A stretch of DNA of 32,977 nucleotides. Origin: Eledone cirrhosa (lineage: Eukaryota). The notes under the pieces are model-generated. The model searched no databases and was not told the DNA's origin. It saw only the letters and a program-made list of their open reading frames with translations. The translations under genes were made by a program, and so were the position numbers. Shown here piece by piece: positions 32,726 through 32,977 of the stretch (the stretch's first letter is position 1; each line of letters starts with the position of its first letter). The stretch lies in assembly GCA_964016885.1 (NCBI GenBank), contig CAXHJY010001276.1, positions 1 to 32,977 on the forward strand, in the 5' to 3' direction.

Positions 32726-32977
32726 ATTGTATTTGTCGTTCATTTGAAAAAACTAAGAGTTTTAATTAGAACTTCTTTTGTAATGCTTGAATGGAATACA
32801 GTCTTGTACCAGACCATTTTACGCCTTCTAATGTGCTATGAAGCATTAAATCCGGGTAGATATTCTTATAAAATGCTGTTCCTAACGACTGCATTTAACT
32901 AACATATTATTTCAAACATTTGCTCTACGATACAAATAGAGAAATGTTTACTTTCTTAGTGATCATCATTATCATCA

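Overview
Eukaryotic, gene-poor, repeat-saturated DNA. The tRNA-SINE, the RTE 3' tails and the extreme (TA)n content resemble an Octopus/coleoid cephalopod genome (inference). More than half of the window is (TA)n-type microsatellite, so the long Tyr/Ile ORFs are artefacts. Retroelement remnants sit between and inside the arrays: a near-complete but disabled L1/Tx1-like ORF2 (7.5-11.0 kb), a 5'-truncated RTE (16.2-18.3 kb), two near-identical CR1-clade 3' ends in tail-to-tail orientation (21.5-23.8 kb), a Penelope-like GIY-YIG fragment (13.7-14.9 kb), short RTE derivatives and a tRNA-SINE. The most notable signal is a set of fold-back palindromes (about 0.1-0.6 kb) embedded in (TA)n, together with four distinct type I hammerhead ribozyme folds. 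Two of these folds are present on both strands, two have an approximately 85-115 nt stem II, and all four lack the usual Watson-Crick 10.1-11.1 pair. I could not identify an intact host gene.
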